DNA of 64,000 nt from Octopus sinensis (Eukaryota), in the NCBI RefSeq assembly GCF_006345805.1, contig NC_042997.1, positions 142,910,001-142,974,000 on the forward strand, given 5' to 3'. This document shows positions 61,682-64,000 of the stretch, piece by piece. The position numbers were made by a program, and so were the translations under genes. The notes beneath the pieces are model-generated. The model searched no databases, was not told where the DNA came from, and was given only the letters and a program-made list of their open reading frames with translations. Each line of letters starts with the position of its first letter. The stretch's first letter is position 1.

Positions 61682-62408
61682 ATGCAGGGTTTCCAAACAG
61701 TTTCCATCAACCAGATTCACTCATAAAGCATTGGTAATTCCAAAGCTGTTGTAGGAGACATTCGCCCTAGGTGCTGTGCATGTGGGACTGAACCCACATA
61801 GTTGTTAACCATAGAGTCAGGCCTGAGCCTAAGAAACAAAAACCCAGCAGAAAGTGCAAATAAATTTTCAACCTAAAAACAATCTCTGACTGGAATCTCC
61901 AGATTTTCTCCTGGAATCTTAAAATTTCTTCTTTTAAGAATTGCGACCTTATAATTTTATCACGTTGTGGTAGTTATTATTTTATCTTATATACTGATAT
62001 ATTATCAGTTGGTATTTCTGATATAATCAAAATGTTTTCCACATGGTTCCTGAAGTTTATAAATAGTTCTTTCTTTTTCTTCATTTTTTTTTTTTTATGA
62101 AGGGGTCCACAATTTTACCGATTCTTCTACAGATTTTATCCACATTATATTTCCACAACTCTCAAATGTTGACAGGAATGGCCTTTTTAGAGTTATGATC
62201 TACTATATTGTTTTTTACACGTCAACTATAACTTCTACTTAATATACAATTTCATACTGTCCTATACATTTTCCAGAGTACACACACACACACACATGCG
62301 CATTTAATGCCTATTAGACTCACGGTTACTGATTTTCAGACTGCTTTCTGTAAATTCTTTATCCTGTGTAACTAAACCATGTTGCTACAGACGTCATTGT
62401 CAAGAATT

Positions 62409-62504
<96 letters not shown>

Positions 62505-63179
62505 GTAAAATGCGTGTGTATGTGCGTATCTTTAAATATACACACACACATATATGTAGCGATATATTTCGAAATTATTTAATTATAATAATATACTCTG
62601 GAACTATTTTACTGAAATGTCAACGGAATGGATCATTTTCTAACTAATATAGATATTATTTAATAATTATGAATTATAATAACAAAACACTCGATGTATT
62701 TTGGAGCAGTTACTGTATTCAGAATTAAAGACTGGAAAACAAACAAACAATTGAATAAATAAAACAAAAGAATGAATTGGCAGAGAGATAAAGCAACAAA
62801 CAAACAACCCTCCGTCCCCAGTTCCCCCCCTATCGTTAACAGATCGTTTACTTATTAAAACATGTTTGTGATATTATGTGTATAGTGGGAGATCTGTAAA
62901 CATTCAGTCAATCATGTCTGGCTCCCATTTTAAAGCCACCCTTCCCATCAACGACCTAATTCTAAAAGTGCAAACTTGAAATCGACATCAAACGCAAGCT
63001 CTATTTTCAGTTTCGGATTTCTGCTCTCCCTTCTTTTTTCGCGTTCTTTTTCCTTTTTTTTCTTTCTTTGTTAATTATATTTATTTATTTATTTAATTCT
63101 AGACTGCTGTTGTTTAGTTGCAGGTCAACCAGCTTTGACAAAAAAAAAGGAATGATTCCAGCAATGACCATCACTCCGA

Positions 63180-63214
63180 TTTCTTTCTTTCTTTCTTTCT
63201 TTCTTTCTATCTCC

Positions 63215-63258
<44 letters not shown>

Positions 63259-63319
63259 TTTCTTTCTTTCTTTCTTTCTATCCCCTTTTCTTTCTATCCC
63301 CCTTTCTTTCTTTCTTTTT

Positions 63320-63366
<47 letters not shown>

Positions 63367-63400
63367 ATATCCCTTTCTTTCTTTATTTCTTTCTTTCTTA
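63180..63400. repeat. (TTTC)n tetranucleotide array
   Basis: Direct reading. Confidence 0.95.
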
Positions 63401-64000
63401 TACAGTGTAGTCGCTATACTATGTAACATTTCATTTTTTTTTTCCTAAAGACTGTAGGGTGTGGTGTAAAATTTTGCTGCTAACTCTAGCAGGTCAAACC
63501 GCTGCGGAAAGACACATTAGCTCGTGTGTGTATACAGGTTTGGTAAATACAAAGAGGAAAAACTAGGACTAAAAACATATATGCATACACGATACTTATG
63601 TACATGGTACTTAACAAACGACATCACGAAACTCTCGGTCTTTGAGACACTTTGTAATTTCTGCCAATTAAAGTAAAACATAAAATATATGTAATGTGTG
63701 TGTGTGTGAATTTTATTACTACTGTGGGATGTACTTGTTATTAAGTCCAGGGTCAGCACTAAAAAAAAGCAAATCTAGCCGTGATTATAGCATTTTTTTT
63801 TTCTTGTTTTCAGATACAATATATCCAAGACTACCTTCCTAATGTGCCCTTCACTTTGTAACATAGGAGGGTTTCATACGAGAGTGACTTGGCTGCTGTT
63901 TCTAGCAAGTTCAACAACCTTGACAGTCTCCAGCATCAGAGAAATCGCCATATTTAGTTTCCTAAGGCATATAAAATTCACTTACTAAAAACAACTTGTG

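Noticed and set aside
62560-63180. CpG-containing non-repeat stretch as a promoter or first exon
   Set aside because: No coherent set of promoter or splice signals could be assembled.

Overview
AT-rich, repeat-saturated eukaryotic DNA. There are no prokaryotic genes, operons or CRISPR arrays. The repeat families match my recollection of Octopus (coleoid cephalopod) repeats; this species call is inference. Most of the window is tRNA-derived SINEs, 3' fragments of RTE and CR1-type LINEs, MITEs, Helitron derivatives and microsatellites, and nearly all listed ORFs are repeat artefacts. Protein-coding relics I can support: a decayed mariner transposase (1.2-1.9 kb); an old, near full-length Penelope-like element (PLE) on the minus strand (12.7-15.5 kb); an uninterrupted Helitron PIF1-like helicase fragment (52.8-53.3 kb); and a young 5'-truncated PLE with an intact RT C-terminal half and GIY-YIG endonuclease (54.8-56.2 kb). 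Two hand-folded signals stand out. First, a set of minimal type I hammerhead-ribozyme motifs: one directly 3' of the young PLE, the others in short (TA)n-embedded or foldback elements, with non-canonical cores (CCGA in two unrelated copies, possibly U3-A8 in another). Second, a co-oriented head-to-tail Helitron cluster (51.3-58.7 kb) showing module swapping and one family with a symmetric terminal hairpin. Host-gene exons are only tentative candidates.
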